Shown here: positions 25,969 through 35,874 of the stretch, in pieces
How the letters are laid out: every line of letters begins with the position of its first letter
Position numbering within the stretch: position 1 is the stretch's first letter
Assembly: GCA_020639195.1 (NCBI GenBank)
Contig: JACKHB010000004.1
Span: 1 to 64,000 of the forward strand
Reading direction: 5' to 3'
Origin: Phycisphaeraceae bacterium
Lineage (GTDB): Bacteria > Planctomycetota > Phycisphaerae > Phycisphaerales > UBA1924
DNA: 64,000 bases
Translations under genes and position numbers: made by a program
The notes under the pieces: model-generated
What the model was told of the DNA's origin: nothing
The model's input: the letters and a program-made list of their open reading frames with translations, nothing else
The model's database searches: none

Positions 25969-27285
25969 ATGCCCGCCCCCGATCCTTGCGCCTTCACCCG
26001 CCGCCGGTTCATTTCCAATGGCCTCACGCTGGCCTCGGCCGCCATCGCCGCGCCGGCGTTTCTGCAGCGCACGGCGCTGGCCCTGCCCGGCCTGCGCCCG
26101 GACCTCTCATCGCTGCCGGGCGTGCCCCAGGACAAGATCCTCGTCGTGGTGCAATTGTCGGGAGGCAACGATGGCCTGAACACGGTCGTGCCCTTCGGCG
26201 ATCCGGCGTACTACCGCGCCCGCCCACAGATCGGGATTGCTCAGCGTGATGCGCTGGTGCTCTCGCAGGAACAGGGCATCGGCCTGCACCCGGCGATGAC
26301 GGGCGTCAAGGGCCTGTACGACGACGGCCTGTGCTGCGTGGTGCAGGGCGTGGGATACCCCAATCCCAATCGTTCACACTTCACGTCGATGGACATCTGG
26401 CACACGGCCGACACCTCGGCGACGGGCGATGGATGGCTGGGCCGATACTTCGACAGCGAGTGCTGCGGCCACGGAAAGGGCGAGAGCGGCTCAGAGGAGC
26501 CGCAGGGACAGCCGGGCATCGCGATCGGCCGGACGGCCCCGCTGGCCATGCAGGGCCGCGCGATCAAGCCGATCGCCTTCGAGAGCCCGGCGCTGTTCCG
26601 CTGGACAGGACAGGACGTGCACGAGTCGCTGCACGAGCCGTACGACGCGCTGGTGTCCGCCGGAGTCTCGGATTCGGTCGATCCGGGTTCGAACGCCGCG
26701 TTTCTCATGCGCACGGCGCTGGACGCACAGATCTCGAGCGATCTCATCCGGCGGGCGGTCGATCGCGGCGCTTCGCGCAGCTACCCGGGCACGCCGCTGG
26801 GCCAGCAGTTGGCGATGGTCGCGGCGATGATCAACGCCGGCCTGAACACCAGGGTGTATTACGTGTCGCACGGCGGCTTCGACACCCACGCTGGCCAGGG
26901 CGGGCCGCAGGGCCAGCACGCCAACCTGCTCCGGACGCTGGGCGATGCGATGAAGGCGTTCTACGACGATCTCAAGCGGCAGGAGAACGCGGAGCGCGTT
27001 CTGTCGATGAGCTTTAGCGAGTTCGGCCGGCGCGTCGGGCAGAACAATTCCGGCGGCACCGACCACGGCACCGCGGCGCCCATGTTCATGTTCGGGCCGA
27101 TGGTTCGCTCGGGGATCCTGGGCAATCACCCGTCGCTCAAGGATCTCGACGACGGCGACCTGAAGTTCCACATCGACTTCAGGACGGTGTACGCCGCGGT
27201 GCTCAAGGATTGGATGGGCGCCGAGCCCAAGGACATCCTGGACCAGCCATGGCGGCCGGCGCCGATCATTCGGACGCAGGGCTGA
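25969..27285 (+). CDS. DUF1501 family protein (sulfatase-like fold, Tat signal)
   Basis: Tat motif TRRRFISNGLTLASAAIAAPAFL. Conserved GGTDHGTAAPMFMFG segment. Start is either GTG at 25957 or ATG at 25969 (GGAG 6 nt upstream). Confidence 0.6.
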   Translation: MPAPDPCAFTRRRFISNGLTLASAAIAAPAFLQRTALALPGLRPDLSSLPGVPQDKILVVVQLSGGNDGLNTVVPFGDPAYYRARPQIGIAQRDALVLSQEQGIGLHPAMTGVKGLYDDGLCCVVQGVGYPNPNRSHFTSMDIWHTADTSATGDGWLGRYFDSECCGHGKGESGSEEPQGQPGIAIGRTAPLAMQGRAIKPIAFESPALFRWTGQDVHESLHEPYDALVSAGVSDSVDPGSNAAFLMRTALDAQISSDLIRRAVDRGASRSYPGTPLGQQLAMVAAMINAGLNTRVYYVSHGGFDTHAGQGGPQGQHANLLRTLGDAMKAFYDDLKRQENAERVLSMSFSEFGRRVGQNNSGGTDHGTAAPMFMFGPMVRSGILGNHPSLKDLDDGDLKFHIDFRTVYAAVLKDWMGAEPKDILDQPWRPAPIIRTQG

Positions 27286-28303
27286 TCGGCTCGGCTTCGA
27301 TCGTGGCCTTTGGCCGATGGAGGCGCACATAGATCGCGCCGACAATGCCCAGCGCGATGTTGGAAAGCACCTCGCCGGCGCCCACCAGCAGCAGGACCGA
27401 CGCGGCCTCGCTGGACTGGTGGATCGCCAGCAGCGCGGCGATCCCGGCGGTTCCCGCCTCTCGCGTGCCCACCATGCCAAATGGTGACAGCACGCCGATG
27501 ATGAAGTACGTGGATCCGAGGATGACGGCCTGACCGAAGGGCATCGACACGGCGAGGATCTGGGCGGCGATGACGAATCGCAGGGCGCGCAGGCCGTAGT
27601 CGCTCAGCCAGAGCGCGAGGCTTGGTGCGACCACGCGTGGATCGGCGAGCATGTCCAGCCCGCCATGCAGGCGGCCGAACGCCTCGCTCTTCACGATGCG
27701 CCCAAGCCTCCGCGACCACGTCACCATGCCCGAGATGCGATCGAGCCCTTTCGCTCCGGCGAAGATCCGCGAAACCAGCACGATGCACACCCCCACGACC
27801 AGCACGCCCGCGATGGCCATCGTCCACCACACGGCGTCGGGCGACGGGCGAATCAGGCTTGCCAGGACGATCGGCACCGGGGCAAGGAACATGAGGGCGG
27901 TGACGGCCGCGAACCACCCGCCGATCGAGAACAGCGGGATGCGATCTCGCTGGTTGTGGATGACGATGCGGCTGAGCAGGCCGAGCTTGAAGGGCAGATA
28001 GCTGAGCATCGTCGCGAGCGCGTTGGTGGCCTGGACGCCGAGGACTGAGACCCGGTGGCGCCGCCGCGCGGCGATCCAGAACGTCAGGCCGTTGATCACG
28101 ACGCTGGCCGCGGCCATGGCGAGGATCGATGCGACAAGCGCGGGACTCGCCTGCCTGAGGCGCTCGAGCTGGGTGGTCCGATCTCCCGAGAGCGCCCGCT
28201 GGACGCACCAGTACAGCAGCGCGATGCTGGCGGCGAACCCCAGCAACTGAACGATGACGCGGATGGCCGGGCGCGCGGGGCGGTCTCGCCGGGACTCACT
28301 CAC
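27266..28303 (-). CDS. flippase-like / lysylphosphatidylglycerol-synthase TM-region family (UPF0104) membrane protein
   Basis: Eight TM helices. GTG start at 28303 is 3 nt after the stop of the upstream glycosyltransferase-like gene. The track's N-terminal extension overlaps that gene and looks spurious. Confidence 0.5.
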   Translation of the reverse strand: MSESRRDRPARPAIRVIVQLLGFAASIALLYWCVQRALSGDRTTQLERLRQASPALVASILAMAAASVVINGLTFWIAARRRHRVSVLGVQATNALATMLSYLPFKLGLLSRIVIHNQRDRIPLFSIGGWFAAVTALMFLAPVPIVLASLIRPSPDAVWWTMAIAGVLVVGVCIVLVSRIFAGAKGLDRISGMVTWSRRLGRIVKSEAFGRLHGGLDMLADPRVVAPSLALWLSDYGLRALRFVIAAQILAVSMPFGQAVILGSTYFIIGVLSPFGMVGTREAGTAGIAALLAIHQSSEAASVLLLVGAGEVLSNIALGIVGAIYVRLHRPKATIEAEPISPASE

Positions 28304-30449
28304 GGCTCGTTCCCCCGAGCCGGAGCAGGGCCTGGCGAGATTCCCAGTGGTGGACCAGTTCGGCGTGCGCGCCCAGCACCTCGGCAACCGCCCTCGGAGC
28401 CTCGAGCGGATCATGCCAGCCCTCGCGTTGCAGTCGGTCGAGTTCGGCGAAGTCCACGAGCACCCACGCGATGCCCTGGGCGCGCAGGTCTTCGACGACG
28501 CCCGCGGGATCGTCGGGATGCGCCCGGAGCGCCTCGGCAAACGGCTGGGTGTCCCATGTCGTGGCGTACATCACGGGAGATCGGACGTAGAACGGCGTGG
28601 CGTCACCGATGAGCAGAATCGTGTCTCCGGGCGGGACCATCGCGTTGACATACCAGAATGGAGAGAGTTCGTCGATCTGGGCTCGTCTGGCCTCGAGCGG
28701 CAGGGCCTCGATCGCCTCTCTCATCCCAGCCCCCCCGGAGTCGCCGGGCGAGAGCCCCAGCGCGAGGTTTGGCTTGCCGCCCTGCTGGCCGATGAACGTG
28801 AGCAGCAGCACGATTACCTGGATCGAAACGACGACCGCGCCGATGGATCGAGCGTGGCGCACGCCGATCGATGCGAGACCGATACCGATTAGCACGCCCC
28901 CGGGAACGAGCAGCGGCAACAGGAATCGCGATTGGACATGCGTCAGGGCGAGCCAACAGACGAGCCCGAGCCCCAGGGCGAGTGTCAGGGTGCGGGCGCC
29001 GCCGATCCTGCGGCGCGCGATTGAGACGATTCCCGCCCCGATGCACGCGACGAAGAATCCGCCCCATTGGGGATGCGTGATTCCGCGAGAGCCGGGCTCG
29101 TACAGGGGCGCGAAGAGGAGGATCGCGCGATCGACCAGGGCGCCGTCGAACCGGTGGGCTCTCGCGTAGCGGGCAACCTGATCCGGATCCCAGTGGGCCG
29201 TCCCAAAGAGCGACGCAAGCTGAGGAAACACCGGATTCCCCGAGGCGATGGCGTTTCGGATCAGCCAGGGGGCGAGCATGACGAGTCCCGCCGCGGTGCC
29301 CGCGACGACTGCGATCGACAGGGAACGGAAGGGCCGCCAGAGCCCATCCGCCGATTCGCGTCGCCCGAAGCACGAGACACACAGGAGCACCCCGACCGGT
29401 CCTCCCGCCAGCAGGAGAGCCGTGGGCTTGACGCCGCAGGCCACCCCGATGAGCCCTCCGGACAGCAGTCCTCGTCTGGCCGGTCCGAGCCGGCGGTCCA
29501 TTGAAGCAATGAGCGCCCCGGCCGCGAGCGCAGTTACCCCCATCTCGTTGTAGGCGAGTGATCCCGCGACGACGGTCCAGGGTGTGGACAGGACGATGGC
29601 CCCGACGATCCAGCCGCACGTGGCTGCGAGAGCGTCTCGATCCGCGGCAACACGCTCGCCCATGTGGGCATCTCGAATCCAGCGCGAAGTCGCGCGCGCG
29701 CAGAGCCAGGCCGTTGCGAGGGCGAGTGACGCGTGGAGGAACTGCGCGCCGAGGGTTGCCACATCGCCGAACGCCGGCACCTCGTGCTGGCCCCACGGCC
29801 ACAGATGTGCCAACAGGGTGTACGCGGCCTCCATGTAGCCGGGAAGAAAGGAGTAGACGTTGTGCTCGACGGGCCAGATGCGACCGGCCTCGACCCACTC
29901 CCGGGGCAGCTGGAGGTGGTAGCTCAGCGCGTCGTAGGCGCCGAACTCGCTGTCCCACAACCAGCCGGGCGGATTGGCCGCGGCCAAGAGGAGAACGAGC
30001 GCCGCGGGAAGGCACGCCAAGCCGATCGCTGGGGGAGCCCTCAGGAGTCCGAGCCACTCGCGTCGCCCGATCCAGAGCAGCCCGATTCCGACCAGCACCT
30101 GGGCCCACGCGGTCAGCGGGCTAAGCCCGCCAAGAATCCCCAGGGCGTGGGTCAGTGTGAGCTGGATCGCAAGCCCCGTGGCGAGGCGCAGAGCGAGCGG
30201 CTCGGTGCTTGCGGACCACAGGAGGCGCGCGATCGCGCCCCAGCCGAACGCGCTGACCAGATAGAGGCCCGCGAGCAGCACTGGCGGCGCCGAGCGCGGG
30301 ATGACGCGGAGCACAAACTCGTGCGGCAGGGGGCCGGGACCGATCGAGGCCAGCAGCACAAGCGCGATCAGGCCGCCGAGTCCGACCAGCGCGAATCGAG
30401 TTACGCGAGGGGAGATGGTCTCGCGCTGCGGCGCGACTCGGGTGGCCAT
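28296..30449 (-). CDS. large polytopic membrane protein, putative GT-C fold glycosyltransferase (ArnT/PMT-like)
   Basis: More than 12 TM helices in the first 520 aa, then a 200-aa soluble C-terminal domain. Forms an operon with the flippase-like gene. Confidence 0.45.
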   Translation of the reverse strand: MATRVAPQRETISPRVTRFALVGLGGLIALVLLASIGPGPLPHEFVLRVIPRSAPPVLLAGLYLVSAFGWGAIARLLWSASTEPLALRLATGLAIQLTLTHALGILGGLSPLTAWAQVLVGIGLLWIGRREWLGLLRAPPAIGLACLPAALVLLLAAANPPGWLWDSEFGAYDALSYHLQLPREWVEAGRIWPVEHNVYSFLPGYMEAAYTLLAHLWPWGQHEVPAFGDVATLGAQFLHASLALATAWLCARATSRWIRDAHMGERVAADRDALAATCGWIVGAIVLSTPWTVVAGSLAYNEMGVTALAAGALIASMDRRLGPARRGLLSGGLIGVACGVKPTALLLAGGPVGVLLCVSCFGRRESADGLWRPFRSLSIAVVAGTAAGLVMLAPWLIRNAIASGNPVFPQLASLFGTAHWDPDQVARYARAHRFDGALVDRAILLFAPLYEPGSRGITHPQWGGFFVACIGAGIVSIARRRIGGARTLTLALGLGLVCWLALTHVQSRFLLPLLVPGGVLIGIGLASIGVRHARSIGAVVVSIQVIVLLLTFIGQQGGKPNLALGLSPGDSGGAGMREAIEALPLEARRAQIDELSPFWYVNAMVPPGDTILLIGDATPFYVRSPVMYATTWDTQPFAEALRAHPDDPAGVVEDLRAQGIAWVLVDFAELDRLQREGWHDPLEAPRAVAEVLGAHAELVHHWESRQALLRLGGTSRE

Positions 30450-30476
30450 CGGCTGGAGTCTACGAACTCGCCGCGA

Positions 30477-30917
30477 TCAGGCCGCGTTGCGGGCCTGGCC
30501 CCCGGAATCGTCCCGACCCTTGGGACCGCCGTCCGGCGGGCGGTCGTACGGGCGTGCATCGACCATCGTTCGCGCGGAGTAGTTCCGCACGATGCCGGTC
30601 AATCGCTCCCGCACCTGCGGATTTGACTTCAGGAAGTTGAGACCCACCTCGAACCTGCCGGCGCCATGGCGCACGACGCGCACGATTTGCGCCTTGAGCC
30701 GAAGCTTCCCTCCTTCGCAGGGGATAAAGACGACCCACTGCTTCTTGCACTTGGGGGAGAGCAGCCTGCGGCATGAGATCCGGGCACCGGTGACCGAAAG
30801 GTCCTCGATGTGCCCGAGGTTGCACGTCAGCATCTCGGTCCGCACCCGTCCGGCCTGGCGGTTTTCGGGCCCGGCATAGGACGGCTTTCCGAACGTGATG
30901 CCCCAGAAGCTTGCCAT
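30477..30917 (-). CDS. PilZ domain protein (c-di-GMP receptor family)
   Basis: RQAGR (RxxxR) followed by DLSVTGARI (DxSxxG) at PilZ-like spacing. Divergent from a second PilZ-containing gene. Confidence 0.6.
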   Translation of the reverse strand: MASFWGITFGKPSYAGPENRQAGRVRTEMLTCNLGHIEDLSVTGARISCRRLLSPKCKKQWVVFIPCEGGKLRLKAQIVRVVRHGAGRFEVGLNFLKSNPQVRERLTGIVRNYSARTMVDARPYDRPPDGGPKGRDDSGGQARNAA

Positions 30918-31084
30918 CACGCGATATGTCGGACTGGCGGCCCGGCCCGGGCACGCCCGGTTTGGCGACTGGAGTCAATTCCGTTGGAATCGACCGGCCC
31001 AAACGTCAGGGTCGACGATGGTCACCACCAGAGTGCCCCAAACGGCTTGGCGTCGAGCGCCGGGCAGGACGATTTCTTCACACA

Positions 31085-31771
31085 ATGGCCGGTCGATCCA
31101 AGGCATATGCACAGGGCATCGAAGGGCGGCGCGACGTCCGATACCCCACGGACGGGTACTCGTGCCCGCTGGGCGCGGTTCTGGACGTGTCGGCGTCCGG
31201 GCTTCGGCTTCGCTCAACCAAGAAGCCCGAGGCCGCGGTCGGTGACGTGATCAGCCTGGCGGTGCGATCGTCGCGTCAGCTCCTGACGGTTTCGGGACGG
31301 ATCGCGTGGATCAGGCGGAAGGGACTGAGGAACGCTTCGTACGAGATCGGGGTTCGGTTCGCGGACCAGCGAGAGGGCATCCGTCACGCCGTCGAGCAGT
31401 TCGCACGGGTGGGACATGTGGACACCAAGGGCACCGGGCCGCTCAAGCCCGAAGATGGGCCTTCCCACGCGGGCGAGAGGAACACACCGAACCCCACGTC
31501 CGAGCCTGCACCGAGCCAGAACTCGGTGCCGGCCGCGGCGATCGAGGTCGAGGACCTGTACGCGCTGCTGGAGATCGACTCAACGGCCACTGGAGAGGAC
31601 ATCCGGCGGGCCTACCGGGCCCTGGCGCTGCGGTATCACCCGGATCGCAGTCCGGGCGAGGCGAGCGCGGAACGCTTCGATCGGGCCGCGAAGGCGTACC
31701 GAGTGCTGAAGAACCCGGTGACACGAGCGCGCTACGACGAGATGCTCCGGGCGTGGCGGCACGCCGCCTAG
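31085..31771 (+). CDS. PilZ domain / C-terminal J-domain (DnaJ-like) fusion protein
   Basis: N-terminal RRDVR...DVSASGLRL (PilZ RxxxR and DxSxxG). C-terminal J-domain DLYALLEIDSTATGEDIRRAYRALALRYHPDR with the HPD tripeptide. Start uncertain: the ORF is open from a TTG at 30911. Confidence 0.6.
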   Translation: MAGRSKAYAQGIEGRRDVRYPTDGYSCPLGAVLDVSASGLRLRSTKKPEAAVGDVISLAVRSSRQLLTVSGRIAWIRRKGLRNASYEIGVRFADQREGIRHAVEQFARVGHVDTKGTGPLKPEDGPSHAGERNTPNPTSEPAPSQNSVPAAAIEVEDLYALLEIDSTATGEDIRRAYRALALRYHPDRSPGEASAERFDRAAKAYRVLKNPVTRARYDEMLRAWRHAA

Positions 31772-31800
31772 AGAGCGGGCGATGCCCGTAGAATCGGGCG

Positions 31801-32247
31801 ATGGCCGAGACGGAACTCCCCCGGATCGAGATCGTGGAGCCGCTGTGCGCGGTGTTCCGCAGGCGGCTGAAGTCGGAGGGAGCAAAGTACACGCCCGAGC
31901 GGGCTCAGGTGCTCGATGCGATCATTCGAACCGAGGGGCTGTTCGAAGTCGAGGCGCTGATCGATGAGCTCCGGCACTCGCGTCAGAGGGTGAGCAAGGC
32001 CACCGTGTACCGGACGATCCGCCTCCTGCTGGACGCGGGGATTATTCAGAGGGTGCCCTTTGAGGGAGAGACCGATCGGTATCAGTTGGTGTACGGTCGG
32101 CGACCGCACGATCTGATCATTCGGACGGACACGGGAGAGGCGATCCCCGTCACAGTCCCGGAGTTGGAAGCGATTCGGGACCGATTGTGTGCCGAGCGCG
32201 GACTGCGGGCCCAGAGCCACCGGCTGCACATCTTCGCGAGTGGATGA
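31801..32247 (+). CDS. Fur family transcriptional regulator
   Basis: Fur-like N-terminal winged helix (RVSKATVYRTIRLLLDAGII) and dimerisation region. Lacks a clear canonical HHxH metal site. Confidence 0.6.
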   Translation: MAETELPRIEIVEPLCAVFRRRLKSEGAKYTPERAQVLDAIIRTEGLFEVEALIDELRHSRQRVSKATVYRTIRLLLDAGIIQRVPFEGETDRYQLVYGRRPHDLIIRTDTGEAIPVTVPELEAIRDRLCAERGLRAQSHRLHIFASG

Positions 32248-32276
32248 TCTGAACCGGAGCGCTCTGGAGCGGCGGG

Positions 32277-33530
32277 GTGTGGGGCGTCGATACTCAGTCG
32301 ATGCTGCGCGCCGGCCACATGATCGCGCTCTCGGTGCTTGGACTCTTGGCCATCGGTCTGGTCATGGTTACGAGCGCGGGAATGAGCGTGGGACAGGCCG
32401 AGCCGGTGACGCTGGAATCGGTGCTCTTGTCACGGACGAGCGCGTACGCGGCCCTTTCGCTGCTGGCGATGGCCGGGGCGGCGCTCCTTCCTGTGCGCCT
32501 GGTGGCTCGGGAGCCCGCTCCGGACGCCGAAGAGGAGGCGACTGGACGATTCGAAGGATTGCCGGTGCTGTGCGCGGGCGCGGTGCTCCTGATGGGAGTC
32601 GCACTCCTGGTGTACGTGCCGGGGCTGGGCCGGCACATCAACCAGTCGAGCCGATGGGTCGCGGTGGACGTTCCCGCCGTGGGACAGGTCAGCGCGCAGC
32701 CGAGCGAGATCGCCAAATGGGGGCTCATCGGGCTGCTTTCATGGGGCATTGTCCGTCGCCGGCGCTACATGCGGAGTTTCGTGTGGGGGCTGATGCCCTT
32801 GCTTGGAATCGCGGGAGCGCTCAGCGCGGTGGTTGCGCTCGAGGATCTCGGGACGGGAGTCCTGATGGGGGCGACCTCCGCGGTGCTGCTGTTGGCGGGT
32901 GGCGCTCGGTTCATCCAACTGGCGGCGCTGGCCCCCGTGGTCGCGGCATGCGGCGCGCCCCTTGTGCTGTCGGAGTCCTACCGCCTCCAGAGACTTCGCA
33001 CGTTCTTTGAATCTCCTTACCTGGACCCTCAGGGAACCGGCTACCACATGATCCAGTCAATGGCGACGATCGCCGGCGGCGAGGGTTGGGGGCGGGGCCT
33101 CGGCAACGGGCTACAGAAGTTCGGATACCTGCCGGAAGACACCACGGACTTCCTGTTCGCGGTGCTCTCCGAGGAACTGGGTATCGCCGGAGCAGCGATG
33201 GTGGTCTTCCTGTACCTGACGATTCTCTGGGCGGGCTGGGCGGTGATACGTCGCGAGCCCAACGCCTGGATGCGCTTGATCGCGCTGGGCGTCATCATGA
33301 CGGTCGGACTGCAGGCCATGATCAATCTGCTCGTGGTGACCGGCTGGGCGCCGACCAAGGGCATCCCGTTGCCTCTGCTCTCATCGGGAGGGACGGGCTG
33401 GATTCTCACCGCTGCGTCGCTCGGGCTTGTGATCGCCATCGACCGCACCCAACCCGGTCGGGCGCACGACTCGGACACCGTGTCCCCCGATGAAGAGGCG
33501 TTCGCGGCGGTGGAGATCGCCCCCGCATGA
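32277..33530 (+). CDS. ftsW: SEDS family peptidoglycan glycosyltransferase (FtsW/RodA)
   Basis: Ten-TM SEDS protein with conserved SGGTGWILTAASLGLV-type C-terminal motif. Immediately followed by murG with an ATGA overlap. Confidence 0.75.
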   Translation: MWGVDTQSMLRAGHMIALSVLGLLAIGLVMVTSAGMSVGQAEPVTLESVLLSRTSAYAALSLLAMAGAALLPVRLVAREPAPDAEEEATGRFEGLPVLCAGAVLLMGVALLVYVPGLGRHINQSSRWVAVDVPAVGQVSAQPSEIAKWGLIGLLSWGIVRRRRYMRSFVWGLMPLLGIAGALSAVVALEDLGTGVLMGATSAVLLLAGGARFIQLAALAPVVAACGAPLVLSESYRLQRLRTFFESPYLDPQGTGYHMIQSMATIAGGEGWGRGLGNGLQKFGYLPEDTTDFLFAVLSEELGIAGAAMVVFLYLTILWAGWAVIRREPNAWMRLIALGVIMTVGLQAMINLLVVTGWAPTKGIPLPLLSSGGTGWILTAASLGLVIAIDRTQPGRAHDSDTVSPDEEAFAAVEIAPA

Positions 33531-34633
33531 GCGTTTCGGTGGTGTTTGCGGGCGGCGGGACGGGGGGACACATCTTCCCTGCGCTGGCGATCACCGAGCG
33601 ACTCCACGAAATTGAGCCGTCGATCCGCGTGGAGTACCTCTGCTCTTCGAGGGCCGTCGATTCGGAGTGTTTCGCTCGGGAGGGAATCGAGCCAACATCG
33701 CTTGCGGCCCAGCCCTTTGTGTTTCGCCCTCGTGGACTGATTCGCTTTCTGCGAGGTTGGGGTCCGTCTGTGGTGGCGTCGAGGCGGCGGCTGCGAGCGC
33801 TGAAGGCCAATGGCCGCGCGACCCTCGTCGCGATGGGTGGATTCGTGAGCCCACCCGCGGTGCAGGCGGCGCGGGTGGAGCGCGTCCCGGTGGTGCTGGT
33901 CAATCTGGACTCCACTCCCGGGCGCGCGAATCGATGGGTGTCCAGACGGGCGACCCGGCTCTTGACCGGCACGCCGGTTGGTGATCCGCGATTCATCGAA
34001 GTGGGACCCATCGTGAGACGAGCCGCCCTTGCCCCCGGCGGGCCTACGGAATGTCGAGAACAGATGGGCCTGGACCCCGGCTTGCCGGTGCTGCTCGTGA
34101 CGGGCGCGAGCACCGGGGCGTCCTCTCTGAATCGATTCATGGCGATGTTCGTTGAGCGTCACGGGGAGTCGCTGCAAGGCTGGCAGGTGCTCCATCAGAT
34201 CGGCGGTAAGGACCTCGAACTGGTCCGGCGCGCGTACGACCGGGCCGGGATCCCCGCCCGGGTCGTTGAGTTCCTTTCACCCATGGGTCCCGCGTGGGGT
34301 GCCGCGGAACTCGCGCTGAGCCGATGTGGGGCCGGCCAGGTGGCCGAGATCCGGGTGAACCGGGTTGCCAGTGTGCTGGCCCCGTACCCGCATCATCGCG
34401 ATCAGCATCAGAGACTCAACGCGGCCGAAGTGGCCGGTGCGGGGGGGGCAGTCATCGTCGAAGATCGAGTGGATCCGGCGTGGAATCTCGAGTCGATTGG
34501 GACCGAACTCGTGCGGTTGCTGGAGGACGCAGACGCCAGGCGGCGCATGCGACATGCGTTGGACGGCCTGCCCCATCCGGAGGGCGCGCTTCGCGCAGCC
34601 GAGATGATCCTTGAGATCGCTCGCCGTTCGTGA
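33527..34633 (+). CDS. murG: UDP-N-acetylglucosamine--N-acetylmuramyl-(pentapeptide) pyrophosphoryl-undecaprenol N-acetylglucosamine transferase
   Basis: N-terminal GGGTGGHIFPALA signature and GT28 architecture. Confidence 0.85.
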   Translation: MSVSVVFAGGGTGGHIFPALAITERLHEIEPSIRVEYLCSSRAVDSECFAREGIEPTSLAAQPFVFRPRGLIRFLRGWGPSVVASRRRLRALKANGRATLVAMGGFVSPPAVQAARVERVPVVLVNLDSTPGRANRWVSRRATRLLTGTPVGDPRFIEVGPIVRRAALAPGGPTECREQMGLDPGLPVLLVTGASTGASSLNRFMAMFVERHGESLQGWQVLHQIGGKDLELVRRAYDRAGIPARVVEFLSPMGPAWGAAELALSRCGAGQVAEIRVNRVASVLAPYPHHRDQHQRLNAAEVAGAGGAVIVEDRVDPAWNLESIGTELVRLLEDADARRRMRHALDGLPHPEGALRAAEMILEIARRS

Positions 34634-34641
34634 TCGCGCGT

Positions 34642-35874
34642 CTATCGAGCGGGTCGAAACGCGGCCCAGGCCTGCGACGCCGTGATGGCCTGGTGTGGCG
34701 CGATGCGGTCCATCAAACCGTGGGGCGCCCGGGCCGTTGCCGCGAGGATGCCATCGGCAGGATTGGCCCGCACAATGGGCGCGTCGGAACCGAACACGAG
34801 AAGCTCGCCGGGGGCACAGCCGGCGTCGATGAGTTCCCGGAGCGGGAGCACGCGATCCAGCCGGTGAGGGAGGCTCCTGTGCAGCGTCGCACCATCGACG
34901 AGCAGATGGCTTGGCTGGGGGCTGCACGCGACGCCGAGGCGTGCGAACCGAGGGACGTCCGACTCGTCGATGATCTCGGCGTGCTCGATGCGCGCGTAGC
35001 GGGGGCGCACTCTCTCCACCGAGTCGAGCACGAACCGCACCGCCGCGTCGCCGATTGCGTGCACCGCCAAGTGCAGTCCCAAACGATCGGCCTCGCGCAT
35101 CGACGCGTCGATCGACGCCGGCGTCAGCAGCGGGGTGCCCTGGGGATGACCCGGTAGCGGATCGGCGTAGTCGTCGAGCATCCACGCGGTTCGGCTGTTG
35201 AGCGTCCCGTCGGCGAACAGCTTCGAGCCGACGAGTCGGACTCGCTCGCGCTGCCAGGCGCGCGAGGTCGCGTAGGTCTCGGCCAGTCGCTCGGCCGGCA
35301 CATAGAGGTGAGTGCCAATGGGCAGGTCACCCGAATCGTCCAGCGCTGCAAGAGCGGGGCCGAGCCATGGCTCTGAGAGCATGTCGTGCACCTCGGTGAA
35401 CCCGAGGCGCCCGAACTCGCCAATCGCGGTCGAGACATGCCGGACCTGGTCTTCCGGCATCGGTTCTGGGACGGCACTCCATGCCACCCGGGCCGCCGCC
35501 TCAAGCAGCACGCCGCTGGCCCGACCGCCCTCGCGTTCGATCACACCCCCGGGCGGCTCTGGTGTGTCATCGTGGATTCCAGCGCGATCCAGCGCAGTCG
35601 AGTTCGCCACGACAGAATGGAGGTCGAATCCCCAGACGATCGCGGGAACACGCCCCGTCGCCTCATCGAGTCGAACGCGAGATGGCCAGTTCCCCTCTCG
35701 CCACGCTCTGGGACGGGCACCGACCGCGATGATCCAGCCGGAGGCATCCGGCCGGGCGGCGGAGAGGCGGTTCAGGCAATCATCGTGGGATTGACACGTA
35801 GAGAGGTCGGTGAAGCTGAGCCAGCGCCCATAGCTGGCGATGTGCACGTGGGCATCGCGGAGCGGAGGGGTCAC
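34642..35874 (-). CDS. amidohydrolase family metal-dependent hydrolase
   Basis: DAHVHI metal-binding start and HAIGD internal motif. GTG at 35874 overlaps the stop of the upstream gene (GTGA) and follows GGGAAG. Upstream Arg-rich codons in the track are spurious. Confidence 0.6.
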   Translation of the reverse strand: MTPPLRDAHVHIASYGRWLSFTDLSTCQSHDDCLNRLSAARPDASGWIIAVGARPRAWREGNWPSRVRLDEATGRVPAIVWGFDLHSVVANSTALDRAGIHDDTPEPPGGVIEREGGRASGVLLEAAARVAWSAVPEPMPEDQVRHVSTAIGEFGRLGFTEVHDMLSEPWLGPALAALDDSGDLPIGTHLYVPAERLAETYATSRAWQRERVRLVGSKLFADGTLNSRTAWMLDDYADPLPGHPQGTPLLTPASIDASMREADRLGLHLAVHAIGDAAVRFVLDSVERVRPRYARIEHAEIIDESDVPRFARLGVACSPQPSHLLVDGATLHRSLPHRLDRVLPLRELIDAGCAPGELLVFGSDAPIVRANPADGILAATARAPHGLMDRIAPHQAITASQAWAAFRPAR

